From a virus (lineage: Duplodnaviria > Caudoviricetes): a stretch of 64,000 bases of DNA. The translations under genes and the position numbers were made by a program. The stretch is taken from positions 32,001 to 96,000 of IMG/VR virus record IMGVR_UViG_3300046786_000293; one strand, 5' to 3'. This document shows, piece by piece, positions 10,226 through 19,061 of this stretch. The first letter of the stretch is position 1; every line of letters starts with the position of its first letter. The notes beneath the pieces were generated by a model, which was given only the letters and a program-made list of their open reading frames with translations, did no database searches and was not told where the DNA came from.

Positions 10226-11441
10226 CTTTCACTTCCTTTTCTGGTTCAGGTATCTTGCTTGGATTTGCTGCCCACGCAACTTTAGCTTGTTCTCCTATCT
10301 TACCTTCATACGGGCATGGTGTACCTGCTGCCATCATAGCATCCCATACACGCTTGTCTTGACACATTGTTGCAACCGCTGCCACTTTCATTCCCATATC
10401 AAATAGTGTCTTAGATAATTTTAATCGTTCACAATTTAAGTCACGTACTGTTCCGCCAGTCGAAACACCAAAAATTTGAGTTTGTACTGCACTAGAGGTA
10501 CCAGTTGTACATAAGTCTTGGTTTCCGCCACTCATCATCATTGGAGCGATAGCAGTCGGTGGTGGCTGAATAATCTTTTGTGTAATATTAGTGTCGTTTA
10601 TATTACGATTAGTCATGTCACCAGTTTGTACGTTTTGGTTAACATTGTTATTCGAATTTGTGCTGGTACTAGTTGAAGTGTTGTTATTGTTATTTGTGTT
10701 TGTACTTGTAGAAGTATTTGTATTGTTGTTTGTGTTGGTTGCAGTACTAGTATTAGTGTTCACATTGTTGCTAGTGCTTGTATTGGTATTATTGTTTGTA
10801 TTTGTACTTGTGCTGGTATTAGTATTGTTGTTTGTGTTGGTAGATGTGTTTGTATTATTGTTGGTGTTTGTAGCAGTACTTGTATTTGTATTGTTGTAAT
10901 TCATAGTACCATTGTTAATATTTGTATTGGTACTATTAATAGTATTGTTGTTTGTATTCGTACTAGTAGATGTGTTATTATTTGTATTGGTGTTGGTACT
11001 AGTAGAAGTATTAGTATTGTTGTTTGTGTTGGTTGCTGTAGAGGTATTTGTGTTGGTATTGTTGTAGTTTACTGTACCGCTATTGACGTTATTATACGTA
11101 ACCTCGCCGGATGCAACGTTATTGTTGGTGTAAGTCACAGAACCACTGTTTACATTATTATTGGTATAAGTTACAGAACCACTGTTTACGTTGTTATTAG
11201 TGTTCACGTTTGTGGATGTAACAGTGCTAGTTGCTGTGCTATTAGTAGTGGCTGTACTGGTATTTGTAGTATTAACTGTGCTAGTAGAATTAGATGTACT
11301 GTTAGTATCTACTAAACTGGCAGAACCGTAGCCGGCTGAAATAGAACTTTGATTAATCAGAGTTTGAGCATGTGTGCTTGCGGAAGCCATGAAAATGGCC
11401 AACATTACCGCAGTGAATTTTTTTATCATTTTTATCATCAC
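10158..11441 (-). CDS. Exported protein with Thr/Asn repeat region and Cys-containing C-terminal domain
   Basis: Signal peptide ending in STHA; about 220 aa of T/N/S repeats; C-terminal DLC...LNCERLKLSKTLFDMGMKVAAVATMCQD...TPCP. Exact start (11441/11438/11429) uncertain. Confidence 0.75.
   Translation of the reverse strand: MMIKMIKKFTAVMLAIFMASASTHAQTLINQSSISAGYGSASLVDTNSTSNSTSTVNTTNTSTATTNSTATSTVTSTNVNTNNNVNSGSVTYTNNNVNSGSVTYTNNNVASGEVTYNNVNSGTVNYNNTNTNTSTATNTNNNTNTSTSTNTNTNNNTSTSTNTNNNTINSTNTNINNGTMNYNNTNTSTATNTNNNTNTSTNTNNNTNTSTSTNTNNNTNTSTSNNVNTNTSTATNTNNNTNTSTSTNTNNNNNTSTSTSTNSNNNVNQNVQTGDMTNRNINDTNITQKIIQPPPTAIAPMMMSGGNQDLCTTGTSSAVQTQIFGVSTGGTVRDLNCERLKLSKTLFDMGMKVAAVATMCQDKRVWDAMMAAGTPCPYEGKIGEQAKVAWAANPSKIPEPEKEVKDDTYQKVGLGALIGILVNKWFN
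10630..11310 (-). repeat. Coding tandem repeats, units such as TNTSTATNTNNN (about 36 nt) and SG(S/E/T)V(T/N)Y(T/N)N
   Basis: Read directly from the translation; boundaries approximate. Confidence 0.85.
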
Positions 11442-11518
11442 CTTAGTATAAAGACCACTAGGGCCCCATATACTTATACTAAATTGATAAAATAATTTTA
11501 TTGGGCTATAACCTATAG

Positions 11519-11674
11519 CTAAATACCAGACTTTTTATCTAACTTTTCTGGTCTTGTAGGTTTGGTGGATTCTTTGGTTTCTTTAAGCAGCCGTTCTGTT
11601 ACAGAACTCGTGCGATGATGTGGTAGGTGTTTAGGCGGTTCTTTGACTCGGGGTCTTCGTTTAAACCAACTCAT
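11519..11674 (-). CDS. Small basic protein (51 aa, not in ORF track)
   Basis: MSWFKRRPRVKEPPKHLPHHR...; SD AAGGAG and TAAATA (11691-11696) upstream. Confidence 0.65.
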   Translation of the reverse strand: MSWFKRRPRVKEPPKHLPHHRTSSVTERLLKETKESTKPTRPEKLDKKSGI

Positions 11675-11711
11675 ATTGACTCCTTGTAACTATTTACAAA
11701 GAGTCCGAATA

Positions 11712-12020
11712 TTATTTTATTGTGCTATTAATTCTGTCTAAGATAATTTCGTAAAAACTATCTAATTCCCCGTTAAACTTTCCCATGAGACCTTGGGCAA
11801 TAACTACGCAATTATTGAAATTTCCTTGGTTATATTCTTTTATAAATTCTGCGTGTGTTCTTTTGCTACGTTCCAAGGTAGGCAATTCAGAAACTGGCAC
11901 TTCATTTACTACGCAAAATGCAGTTACTAGATTATCACCATTGCCGAATGTTTCTAGCTCTAGTACAGTATAGTTTGATCTAAGTTGATCTGCAACTTCA
12001 TGTCCCATAACAATGTGCAT
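11712..12020 (-). CDS. Hypothetical protein
   Basis: 102-aa ORF in operon context. Confidence 0.65.
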   Translation of the reverse strand: MHIVMGHEVADQLRSNYTVLELETFGNGDNLVTAFCVVNEVPVSELPTLERSKRTHAEFIKEYNQGNFNNCVVIAQGLMGKFNGELDSFYEIILDRINSTIK

Positions 12021-12429
12021 CTACATCCTCCAATGCTTGTTCTATTTGCGCTAAATTAACTCCGTGTTCTAAGTATCCTTCTGTGACCATATTTAGATAG
12101 TATTCACTAGGATATCCAGCACCAGTATGATCTGTCATGAAATATATCATAGCCCGGATTTGGCGACCGTTGTATTGAACAGTAACTTCCTTTTTGCCAT
12201 AAAAATCTGGATAACCTTCTAGTAGATCCAGTGCATATTCGCATTCGGGTGTGATGTCCCATAAGACACAATCCATAGAACTGTCATGATTTATTACAGC
12301 ATCACAAAATTGTTTAAATGCTAATTTGTGACCTAAAAGTTTCACCGCTCCAAGACTACGGGCTTTGGGGCAGCGTCTGCCCATTTGTTTTTTATTTGTG
12401 TTCATGCCATAGGCAAGGTAATAACTCAT
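11998..12429 (-). CDS. Gamma-glutamylcyclotransferase (AIG2-like) family
   Basis: YLAYGMNTN, LDLLEGYP, Y...V.V, A.IY.M and PSEYYL motifs. Confidence 0.85.
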   Translation of the reverse strand: MSYYLAYGMNTNKKQMGRRCPKARSLGAVKLLGHKLAFKQFCDAVINHDSSMDCVLWDITPECEYALDLLEGYPDFYGKKEVTVQYNGRQIRAMIYFMTDHTGAGYPSEYYLNMVTEGYLEHGVNLAQIEQALEDVDAHCYGT

Positions 12430-12971
12430 AATTCTGTTAAATTGTATCTACTAACTGCGTCTTGAATTGCTTCTGCTTGGCTTACGCAATCAGCCAATGC
12501 ATTGTGTAATAGTGATCCGGGGCGACGTGTATCACCTAATGCTTTTAGTAATGTGCGACTATCACGAATAGAATAATAAGGCCACGGAGCAGGTTTACCC
12601 AACTGTCTATATAGGTTTTCTAGAATAACAATATCAAACACCGGTCCTTGTGCCCAAATACGATTTGCTCCTAGTACAAATTTATTTAGAGACTTAGTGA
12701 AAGTTTCTAAATCAACTCTACCTTCTTCACCCAAAGCTTCTTCTCTAACTTCTTCACTTTGTGTGCCCCACCAAGCAACGGTGCCTTCATCGACTTTACG
12801 GCCTAATGTAATCTGTTCATCTACATTAATCCTAAAATATAGGCCTTGATCCATGTCAGTATCCCTATCAAAAGGATTAAATTTTATGGCACCTATAGTT
12901 AAAATCACACTATCCGGGCTTGTGGCTAGTGTTTCTAAGTCGAGCATTACGTCCATTATTTTCCTAAACAA
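12426..12971 (-). CDS. DEDDh 3'-5' exonuclease (phage ExoVIII/RNase T-like)
   Basis: MLDLETL, WAQGPVFD, RDSRTL, HNALAD. Confidence 0.85.
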   Translation of the reverse strand: MFRKIMDVMLDLETLATSPDSVILTIGAIKFNPFDRDTDMDQGLYFRINVDEQITLGRKVDEGTVAWWGTQSEEVREEALGEEGRVDLETFTKSLNKFVLGANRIWAQGPVFDIVILENLYRQLGKPAPWPYYSIRDSRTLLKALGDTRRPGSLLHNALADCVSQAEAIQDAVSRYNLTEL

Positions 12972-14083
12972 TAACTATCTGTAAAAATTCCAATAGTATC
13001 TTCAAAAAGTGTTCCGTTATGTTTCCACTTTGCGGGTAACAGTTTATCCAATTGATTCATACCATTTTGCCAATTCCTTACATGAGCGCTGTTTTCGTCT
13101 TTAAAGAAAAATTTATCCCAAGGTTGGACTACACTCCTGTCAGCTTTGGCTGGACTAAAGAACATTGGCAATGTTCTATTATATACGATATTGCCTATAA
13201 AGTCATGTTTTGTTCTACCAGTTAGATTATTCAAAATGCTAGGATTTATTCCACGCTCTTTAAGATAGCTTTTGATAACATGCCCTTGTTTTATTAACAT
13301 CAATCCTGTAGACTCTGCCCAGTAAAACGGCTCCACATACAAAGGATTCTGGCTTCCGGTTCCACGAAATGGAACTACCAAATTAATAAATTTATCCAAA
13401 AATTTTAGATAGAACTGTCCATTTCTGTAATCGACTATTGGCTTATCCACACCAATTAAATGGGCAACTGTTTTGCCCATGTCTGTAATTCTTCTAAATT
13501 CGGTATTCACTAAATCAAAATCTGCACGCCAAGCAATACCTGGAGTGAAGCTATTTAAAGGGTTACTGTCGAAGTTAAACCAGTCTGGATTATTTTTAAA
13601 ATAGTTTATTGTGTAATCGCATGTATCAACTACTGTAATTTTTAAATCAGGCAAGTACGTATTTTTAACATATTCTGCTAAAGGATATGATTGAAAAAAG
13701 ACTTCTGCATAGTTATTTTCAGGTCGGTTATTTGCAATAGACTTATCAACGACGCCAATAGGTCCCCTGATAAAAATTTCATCCAATTTAATATTGTTTC
13801 GAATGAATGTTTCAAGGATGTTAGTGCTGTCTGCACCCCCGCTAAAGTGCAAGACTAAGTAGTCATATCGGTTTCTAAGTTCCCAGGCCCGAGCTGAATA
13901 TAACTGATCTAAAGTTTGTGTTGGCTCGAGTTCCCAATTTAATTTTTTATAAATGTCGTCATATAAAACAAACTTCACCGGCTGTTGTTTACGTTCCGAT
14001 TCTAGTATAGCTTTTATTTTACTTAAATACTTCTCATGGCCTACTTCATAGTGACCGTAATAAGTCCCATCGTAAGATAACAT
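12956..14083 (-). CDS. PP-loop (adenine nucleotide alpha-hydrolase) protein of unknown function
   Basis: LHFSGGADSTNIL (SGGxDS) motif. Confidence 0.6.
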   Translation of the reverse strand: MLSYDGTYYGHYEVGHEKYLSKIKAILESERKQQPVKFVLYDDIYKKLNWELEPTQTLDQLYSARAWELRNRYDYLVLHFSGGADSTNILETFIRNNIKLDEIFIRGPIGVVDKSIANNRPENNYAEVFFQSYPLAEYVKNTYLPDLKITVVDTCDYTINYFKNNPDWFNFDSNPLNSFTPGIAWRADFDLVNTEFRRITDMGKTVAHLIGVDKPIVDYRNGQFYLKFLDKFINLVVPFRGTGSQNPLYVEPFYWAESTGLMLIKQGHVIKSYLKERGINPSILNNLTGRTKHDFIGNIVYNRTLPMFFSPAKADRSVVQPWDKFFFKDENSAHVRNWQNGMNQLDKLLPAKWKHNGTLFEDTIGIFTDSYCLGK

Positions 14084-15012
14084 TAATTAGTAACTTTCTC
14101 AAGACCTAAGCGACGCCTCATATCTTCGAATCTATTGTATTGGAAATCTAAGAACTTTTGACTATCGGCAGGTGGTTTAATAATTTCATATTCTAATAGT
14201 TTAAGACTAGAAATCAGATTATTATCTTTAAACGCTGTTTGAGATAAGGAAAACACCCGAGTATCAACTTGATGTCCTTTGACTGCGGATATACCAAACC
14301 AGTAATAAAAATCGAAATCTTCAATGGTTTGTTTTATTATTGGCAACTGCGAAAACTCCTGATGTTTACCTTGACTTGCAATGGCAATAATTTTAATTTT
14401 ATTATCTCTATGAGAATTAGCTAACGTAGACAATGGATCTATTGCACAATCTATACTGCCGCCTATTAGGTTCGCCGTAACATCGCTTGCACCTTTAAAA
14501 GGAATTATTTCAGTCTGACTCAAGCCTAAATGTTTAACTATAAACCTGCCAGCAAACGCTGAGCCAGAATTGCTTACTCCACAATTTAATTTTCTCTTTT
14601 TAGATTGTTCTAAAAATTCATTCCATGATGTAATACCGCTCTGATTACTAACGGCTACTACTAATGGAGTTCTAGCCAACGGCACTACCATATCAAATTG
14701 AGAATAATCGTAGCCATTATTTGAATATAGGACTTTATTAAACAATACAGGACCCGTGGCTGCAATCATGAATGTATTAGAGTCTAACGGCTTATTTAGA
14801 ATATAGGCAACACCTATTTTACCGTCTGCTCCAGGTTTATTTACGATAACCGAGGGAACATTAGAGTTAATTAAGTATTTTTGAAAATTGCGAGCAAACG
14901 TATCTACTGCACCACCTGGAGGATACGGCACAACTAATTCAACTGGTTGAGTTGCATGAGCTATGCTAAAAAATATAAAAAACGCAAAAATAAATTTTGA
15001 TAAATGTTTCAC
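14083..15012 (-). CDS. Bug/TctC tripartite tricarboxylate transporter substrate-binding protein
   Basis: Signal peptide; VPYPPGGAVDTFAR, VNKPGADGKIG, IPFKGASDVTANLIGG, YWFGI. Confidence 0.88.
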   Translation of the reverse strand: MKHLSKFIFAFFIFFSIAHATQPVELVVPYPPGGAVDTFARNFQKYLINSNVPSVIVNKPGADGKIGVAYILNKPLDSNTFMIAATGPVLFNKVLYSNNGYDYSQFDMVVPLARTPLVVAVSNQSGITSWNEFLEQSKKRKLNCGVSNSGSAFAGRFIVKHLGLSQTEIIPFKGASDVTANLIGGSIDCAIDPLSTLANSHRDNKIKIIAIASQGKHQEFSQLPIIKQTIEDFDFYYWFGISAVKGHQVDTRVFSLSQTAFKDNNLISSLKLLEYEIIKPPADSQKFLDFQYNRFEDMRRRLGLEKVTN

Positions 15013-15013
15013 T

Positions 15014-15325
15014 TTATTCTTCAGGTTCTAATTTAACTACAAGAGGATATCCGTTGTTACGTGCAAGTTGTGTAACTTCAAATCCCTTTTGTTCAGCCAT
15101 CTCGTGTGGTAAAGTAGCAACTACACCCGATCCATCTGTATGGATCTTAATGGTCATTTCTTCTGCGGCCATGCGATCATAATTGAATATAATGACCAAA
15201 GTTTCGGCAACAAACTCTTGTGTGGTAACTTCATCGTTGATGAAAATTACATTATATCTTAAAGGTTTTGGAATGTCGGTTCTGGGTTTAATTTTTGTAA
15301 CAACGTTTGGATCTGCTGTAGTCAT
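15014..15325 (-). CDS. clpS: ATP-dependent Clp protease adaptor ClpS
   Basis: YNVIFINDEVTTQEFV, IH.DGSGVV, ARNNGYPL. Confidence 0.9.
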   Translation of the reverse strand: MTTADPNVVTKIKPRTDIPKPLRYNVIFINDEVTTQEFVAETLVIIFNYDRMAAEEMTIKIHTDGSGVVATLPHEMAEQKGFEVTQLARNNGYPLVVKLEPEE

Positions 15326-15342
15326 AATAATTGAAAGTTAGA

Positions 15343-15361
15343 AGGGGGAAGTTATCCCCCT
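15343..15361 (-). terminator. Putative intrinsic terminator after hsp20
   Basis: 7-bp stem AGGGGGA/TCCCCCT; U-tract is weak. Confidence 0.45.
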
Positions 15362-15371
15362 GTTTATTATA

Positions 15372-15815
15372 TTACTTCTTGTAAGTAATAGCAATCTTCT
15401 TTGGCTTTTCTTCCTCGGGAATTACTAATTCCAAAGCGACTGCGAGAATACCGTTTTGAACGGTTGCTCCACGTACTTCTACGTTGTCTGCTAACGGGAA
15501 AGTGCGAGTAAAGTTTCGAGCACTGATGCCCTTGTGTAGATATTCTACTTTTGGCGCATCTTCTGCTTTGACTTTTTCACCTTTAACAGTTAGCAAGTTG
15601 TCCTTTAATTCTACATCGATTTCGTCTTCAGCAAAGCCAGCCACAGCTACTTCAATAATGAAATGTGTATCGTCCAATTGGGCGATATTGTGTGGGGGAT
15701 AGTTGTCTTTGCTATTAGCAAAAGTACGATTTAGTTCCTCAAACATACGGTCAAAGCCAATGGCATGACGATGTAGTGCAGGTAAATCAAAGGTACGAAG
15801 TGTGAATTGTGTCAT
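15372..15815 (-). CDS. Small heat shock protein (IbpA/Hsp20)
   Basis: IGFDRMF, NYPPHNI, IEVAVAGF, YLHKGISARNFTRTFPLA, GATVQNGIL. Start at 15815 with SD AAGGAG. Confidence 0.95.
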   Translation of the reverse strand: MTQFTLRTFDLPALHRHAIGFDRMFEELNRTFANSKDNYPPHNIAQLDDTHFIIEVAVAGFAEDEIDVELKDNLLTVKGEKVKAEDAPKVEYLHKGISARNFTRTFPLADNVEVRGATVQNGILAVALELVIPEEEKPKKIAITYKK

Positions 15816-15877
15816 TTTATTTCTCCTTATAAAGCAAGTTATGACATTTAAATGTAGACCCCACCCGGGCATCTACA
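15810..15877 (-). promoter_or_regulatory. ROSE-like RNA thermometer in hsp20 5' UTR
   Basis: 5' hairpin UGUAGAUGCCC..GGGGUCUACA; 3' hairpin CUUGCUU-UAU-AAGGAG with the bulged-G UUGCU opposite the SD, plus UGUCAU pairing with AUGACA (start codon). Confidence 0.7.
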
Positions 15878-15881
15878 CAAA

Positions 15882-15887
15882 TATTTA
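15882..15887 (-). promoter_or_regulatory. Late promoter core TAAATA for hsp20
   Basis: Lies directly 5' of the structured leader. Confidence 0.65.
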
Positions 15888-15898
15888 TTATATAGAAA

Positions 15899-16159
15899 TC
15901 AATCTTGTTTGTCAATTGAGTTGGGCGTAGACATTGGTTCAACGAAATACCATCGTCTTTGGCTTTCAAAAGTTAACGCAAAAAAATTGTAAGTTTCTGC
16001 AGATTCTAAGATAACCCTAAGAGTATATTTTACAATTTTTATTTTGTACGGGAGTTGGTACTTATTACTCCAGTCAAACAGTTGCTTTTTTATTTCGTAA
16101 GCCGCATGTTGTGCTCCTAATCCTCCGGCACCTGTGGGCAATACGAACTCGATGTACAT
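15899..16159 (-). CDS. Hypothetical protein
   Basis: 86-aa ORF coupled to the bS21 stop. Confidence 0.6.
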   Translation of the reverse strand: MYIEFVLPTGAGGLGAQHAAYEIKKQLFDWSNKYQLPYKIKIVKYTLRVILESAETYNFFALTFESQRRWYFVEPMSTPNSIDKQD

Positions 16160-16371
16160 TAGTACAACTTCTTGGGCAACGCCTGATCTGCTAGTCGCTT
16201 ACGCCAACGATTTCGTGCCGCAGAGGCTGCTTTTTTACGTGTTGTGGTGGGTTTTTCGTAAAATTCTTTGTCACGAAGATTCTGAAGTAAGCCGCTTTCG
16301 GCAACTTTTTTCTTGAATTTACGTAGAGCACGATCTACGTTGTCATCTTTAACAAATATTTTACAAGCCAT
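16159..16371 (-). CDS. rpsU: Ribosomal protein bS21
   Basis: ALRKFKKK..ESGLL..LRDKEFYEKPT..RK...ARNRWRKR...LPKKLY. Confidence 0.95.
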   Translation of the reverse strand: MACKIFVKDDNVDRALRKFKKKVAESGLLQNLRDKEFYEKPTTTRKKAASAARNRWRKRLADQALPKKLY

Positions 16372-16374
16372 ACT

Positions 16375-17085
16375 TTATTTACGCCTAAACGTGTCAATTC
16401 GGCCGATCCAGTCCTTAAGATCACGTTGGCGATCTGGATGACTGTAATCGTCGGGATTTGTGGGATCTTGTCCGTCTGCGGCGTAACTACGCTCTTGGAA
16501 TGTAGAATCGTTGTTATTGCCTGTTACATCTGCACGGTCATGGTATACTTCTACCGCAATATTTTTCATTGCGGCCGCAGGTACTGTTACATTGTAGATC
16601 CACCAATCACTATGTGCTACAGGACTAATACACCCAAATAATTCAATCCAGCCGCTTGGAATAATTGGGAATAAAGCAAAGGGGTGATTCATACTTACGC
16701 AAGGCATACGCAGTAGACCGAAGTATCCGTCTTGTTCTACGATCTTATCGTCCCAGCCTTCGGTGAGCATGAGTGCATCATCGTTCCAGAACATTAGCCA
16801 ATCTCCCGTAGCTTGTTCGCCCAAGAAATTAACATAACGATTTAGTTTCATGTAACCAAATCGTTCGGTTTCAAAAATCTTACTAGTGGCATCACATTGT
16901 CCGATGTAGTCTGCCCAAGTGTTGGCAAAGAAATCTCTGCTTTCGTCGTCGTCGTTATCGTAGGCAATTAGAACTTCAATACGGCTAGTATCCGATGCTG
17001 TAGCCAAAAGACTATTAAGACTTTTGACTAGCATTTCGGTACGTTTGCGAGTGGGTAAAAGAATACTGATTTTAGGTTTTGTCAT
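16375..17085 (-). CDS. Glycosyltransferase family 2 (GT-A fold)
   Basis: ISILLPTRKR, AYDNDD, WLMFWNDDA (DxD-like). Confidence 0.85.
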   Translation of the reverse strand: MTKPKISILLPTRKRTEMLVKSLNSLLATASDTSRIEVLIAYDNDDDESRDFFANTWADYIGQCDATSKIFETERFGYMKLNRYVNFLGEQATGDWLMFWNDDALMLTEGWDDKIVEQDGYFGLLRMPCVSMNHPFALFPIIPSGWIELFGCISPVAHSDWWIYNVTVPAAAMKNIAVEVYHDRADVTGNNNDSTFQERSYAADGQDPTNPDDYSHPDRQRDLKDWIGRIDTFRRK

Positions 17086-18679
17086 TTGTAATTTGCTTGA
17101 GTTTTTCTGCTACTAGTTCTTGTTCACTAGCACTTAATTGATCCAGGTCATATTCACCTGACTGCAATTTTTCTATTAAGAATTGTATATATTGTTCGTC
17201 GTAACTGTATGTGTCGGTCTTGGATTTATCTACTTGAATCCATTTTGTTCCGTTATACTTGTACAAACGATTTGGTAGATAATCTACACGTAGGTACATT
17301 TCTCCTTTGTTTGCATTATCTGGGAACGATATACCAAAACTGCTTTTTGCAGGAGTTGCACCTACATTGTCTGCTACCAATTGTGATTTTCTGATATTCG
17401 CAGTTTCGGGAGGAGGTGGAGGGGGAGGTGCTTTATAGGCACGGCGTGCTTCAAGCGGTCCTTCGGTTACCCGTTCTTCTACGTAGTCTCCGGGACGCTC
17501 AGGACTAGATACTTCTGCCACGGGCTCTACTACAGGCTTTTTACGTCTTGGTGCTCTAGGTTTTTTAACTTCAACTGGTTCAGTCTCAGCTTGAGCTACC
17601 AACGGTCCTACGCTGACCCAACCTTCGGGCTTTTTCCAAAAGTCTTTGCTGTTTTTCAAATAAGAAAGTTCTCTGACTGTGTTATTTTCAACAACAGGCT
17701 CCGTATGTTTGTTCACCTCGTCAGGTGTGTGTTCCTCTCTCTTATCGAACATCCATCCAGGCGGATGCGGATCAACGCTTTCGATTTCAGCAAGTTCTTC
17801 AGCAGTAGGTTTTTCTCCCACATCTGCTACCCACGGATCCGGTGCCTTATCAAATGTGTCTAAAAGTTCGTCTGTACGTTCTTGCCAATTTGTTTCGGTG
17901 TCATTGACTGCAATCTCTTTGTCATCCCGGGCCCAACGTAAACTTTGCTGTGCGGCAAGAATTAATACAAGAGCCAAGGGATCAAATACTGCAACGATAA
18001 GAATGATAACCCAACGTACTGCACTTTCTAACAAGTTTGCATCTGGATTATCACCATAGATCATCGCGGCGATATACTTAATAGGGCCGACTTCTGCTTC
18101 GACCTTTCGTACTTCGGCGGCAATAGGCGCACGGGCATCGTTAAGTTCTTGGATAGACTTCTGCGACTGAAGTATTTCATTTTGAAGTCTAGCACGTTCT
18201 TTCTGCTGGGAGCGACGCAGAGCCACAGCCTTGTCGGCACCTTTTTCATCTGTTGAGCGGCCCAATACTTGGTCCACTCCTTCATCCATTTGTTTAAGTG
18301 CCTTACGGTTTGCTTCAATATTTTCTTTTTCGGTTTTGATCTTTTCATCATATATTGCAATCTTACTGGTAACGTTTCCACTTACTAGACTTTGGTCACT
18401 GTGTGCTTTACTTAGGAATCCAAAGATACCCATGGATGTTAGCACCATTAAAAATGCTACTGCGGGCACAAGATACATCTTGTAAGTCCACCTGGCACGA
18501 CTCCAATTTATTTTTAGCCATACTGCGGCTGTGACTTTGCCAACTTCTAATGCCGCACCCATAATGATAATAGGAATAACTGCGGCGGAGAAAATGGCAG
18601 TAAGGCCGACGATACTATAGTATGCGGCCACTGCACTGATTATTAATGCAACAAATAAAGTAAAAAATCCAAATATCAT
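17072..18679 (-). CDS. Multi-TM coiled-coil membrane protein with Pro-rich linker and C-terminal FPxNxxKG...LYKYNG.KW domain
   Basis: Three N-terminal TMs, coiled coil, a fourth TM (IVAVFDPLA); TAAATA 7 nt upstream. Confidence 0.75.
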   Translation of the reverse strand: MIFGFFTLFVALIISAVAAYYSIVGLTAIFSAAVIPIIIMGAALEVGKVTAAVWLKINWSRARWTYKMYLVPAVAFLMVLTSMGIFGFLSKAHSDQSLVSGNVTSKIAIYDEKIKTEKENIEANRKALKQMDEGVDQVLGRSTDEKGADKAVALRRSQQKERARLQNEILQSQKSIQELNDARAPIAAEVRKVEAEVGPIKYIAAMIYGDNPDANLLESAVRWVIILIVAVFDPLALVLILAAQQSLRWARDDKEIAVNDTETNWQERTDELLDTFDKAPDPWVADVGEKPTAEELAEIESVDPHPPGWMFDKREEHTPDEVNKHTEPVVENNTVRELSYLKNSKDFWKKPEGWVSVGPLVAQAETEPVEVKKPRAPRRKKPVVEPVAEVSSPERPGDYVEERVTEGPLEARRAYKAPPPPPPPETANIRKSQLVADNVGATPAKSSFGISFPDNANKGEMYLRVDYLPNRLYKYNGTKWIQVDKSKTDTYSYDEQYIQFLIEKLQSGEYDLDQLSASEQELVAEKLKQITNDKT

Positions 18680-18707
18680 AAGTTAGTATTTATCGGCTAT
18701 TCTCCTG

Positions 18708-19061
18708 CTAGCGTATCTTAATTTTATCTACCTTGACTCTATCACTGTACAATTGTCGACCACGTTCACGAATTAGGTCAGCCATATATTGCGGATCTTC
18801 ATCAAATTGTCGACGAAGGTCTTGGGCTGTAATTGTGTCGTCAGTGTCAACAGCGTAAATTTCGTAATGACGCTGAGTGTTAAACCTAGCCCTAAGTACA
18901 AGCATATTCAAAATACTATTAACCGTGTTAGGGCGACCTTTGTTCGAGTTTTCCGATGTGTCTTTGAGTGCGGCCCACATATTTTCCTTGTCAATATCCG
19001 AAATATTAACAACGGCTTCGAGACCTTCACAATCCCAACTAAGAACATAAGTGTGCGTCAT
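18708..19061 (-). CDS. Hypothetical protein
   Basis: 117-aa ORF in the early-gene block. Confidence 0.65.
   Translation of the reverse strand: MTHTYVLSWDCEGLEAVVNISDIDKENMWAALKDTSENSNKGRPNTVNSILNMLVLRARFNTQRHYEIYAVDTDDTITAQDLRRQFDEDPQYMADLIRERGRQLYSDRVKVDKIKIR

Noticed and set aside
10591-10899. Very hydrophobic plus-strand ORF (LVLVLV)
   Set aside because: It is the antisense frame of the Thr/Asn repeat.
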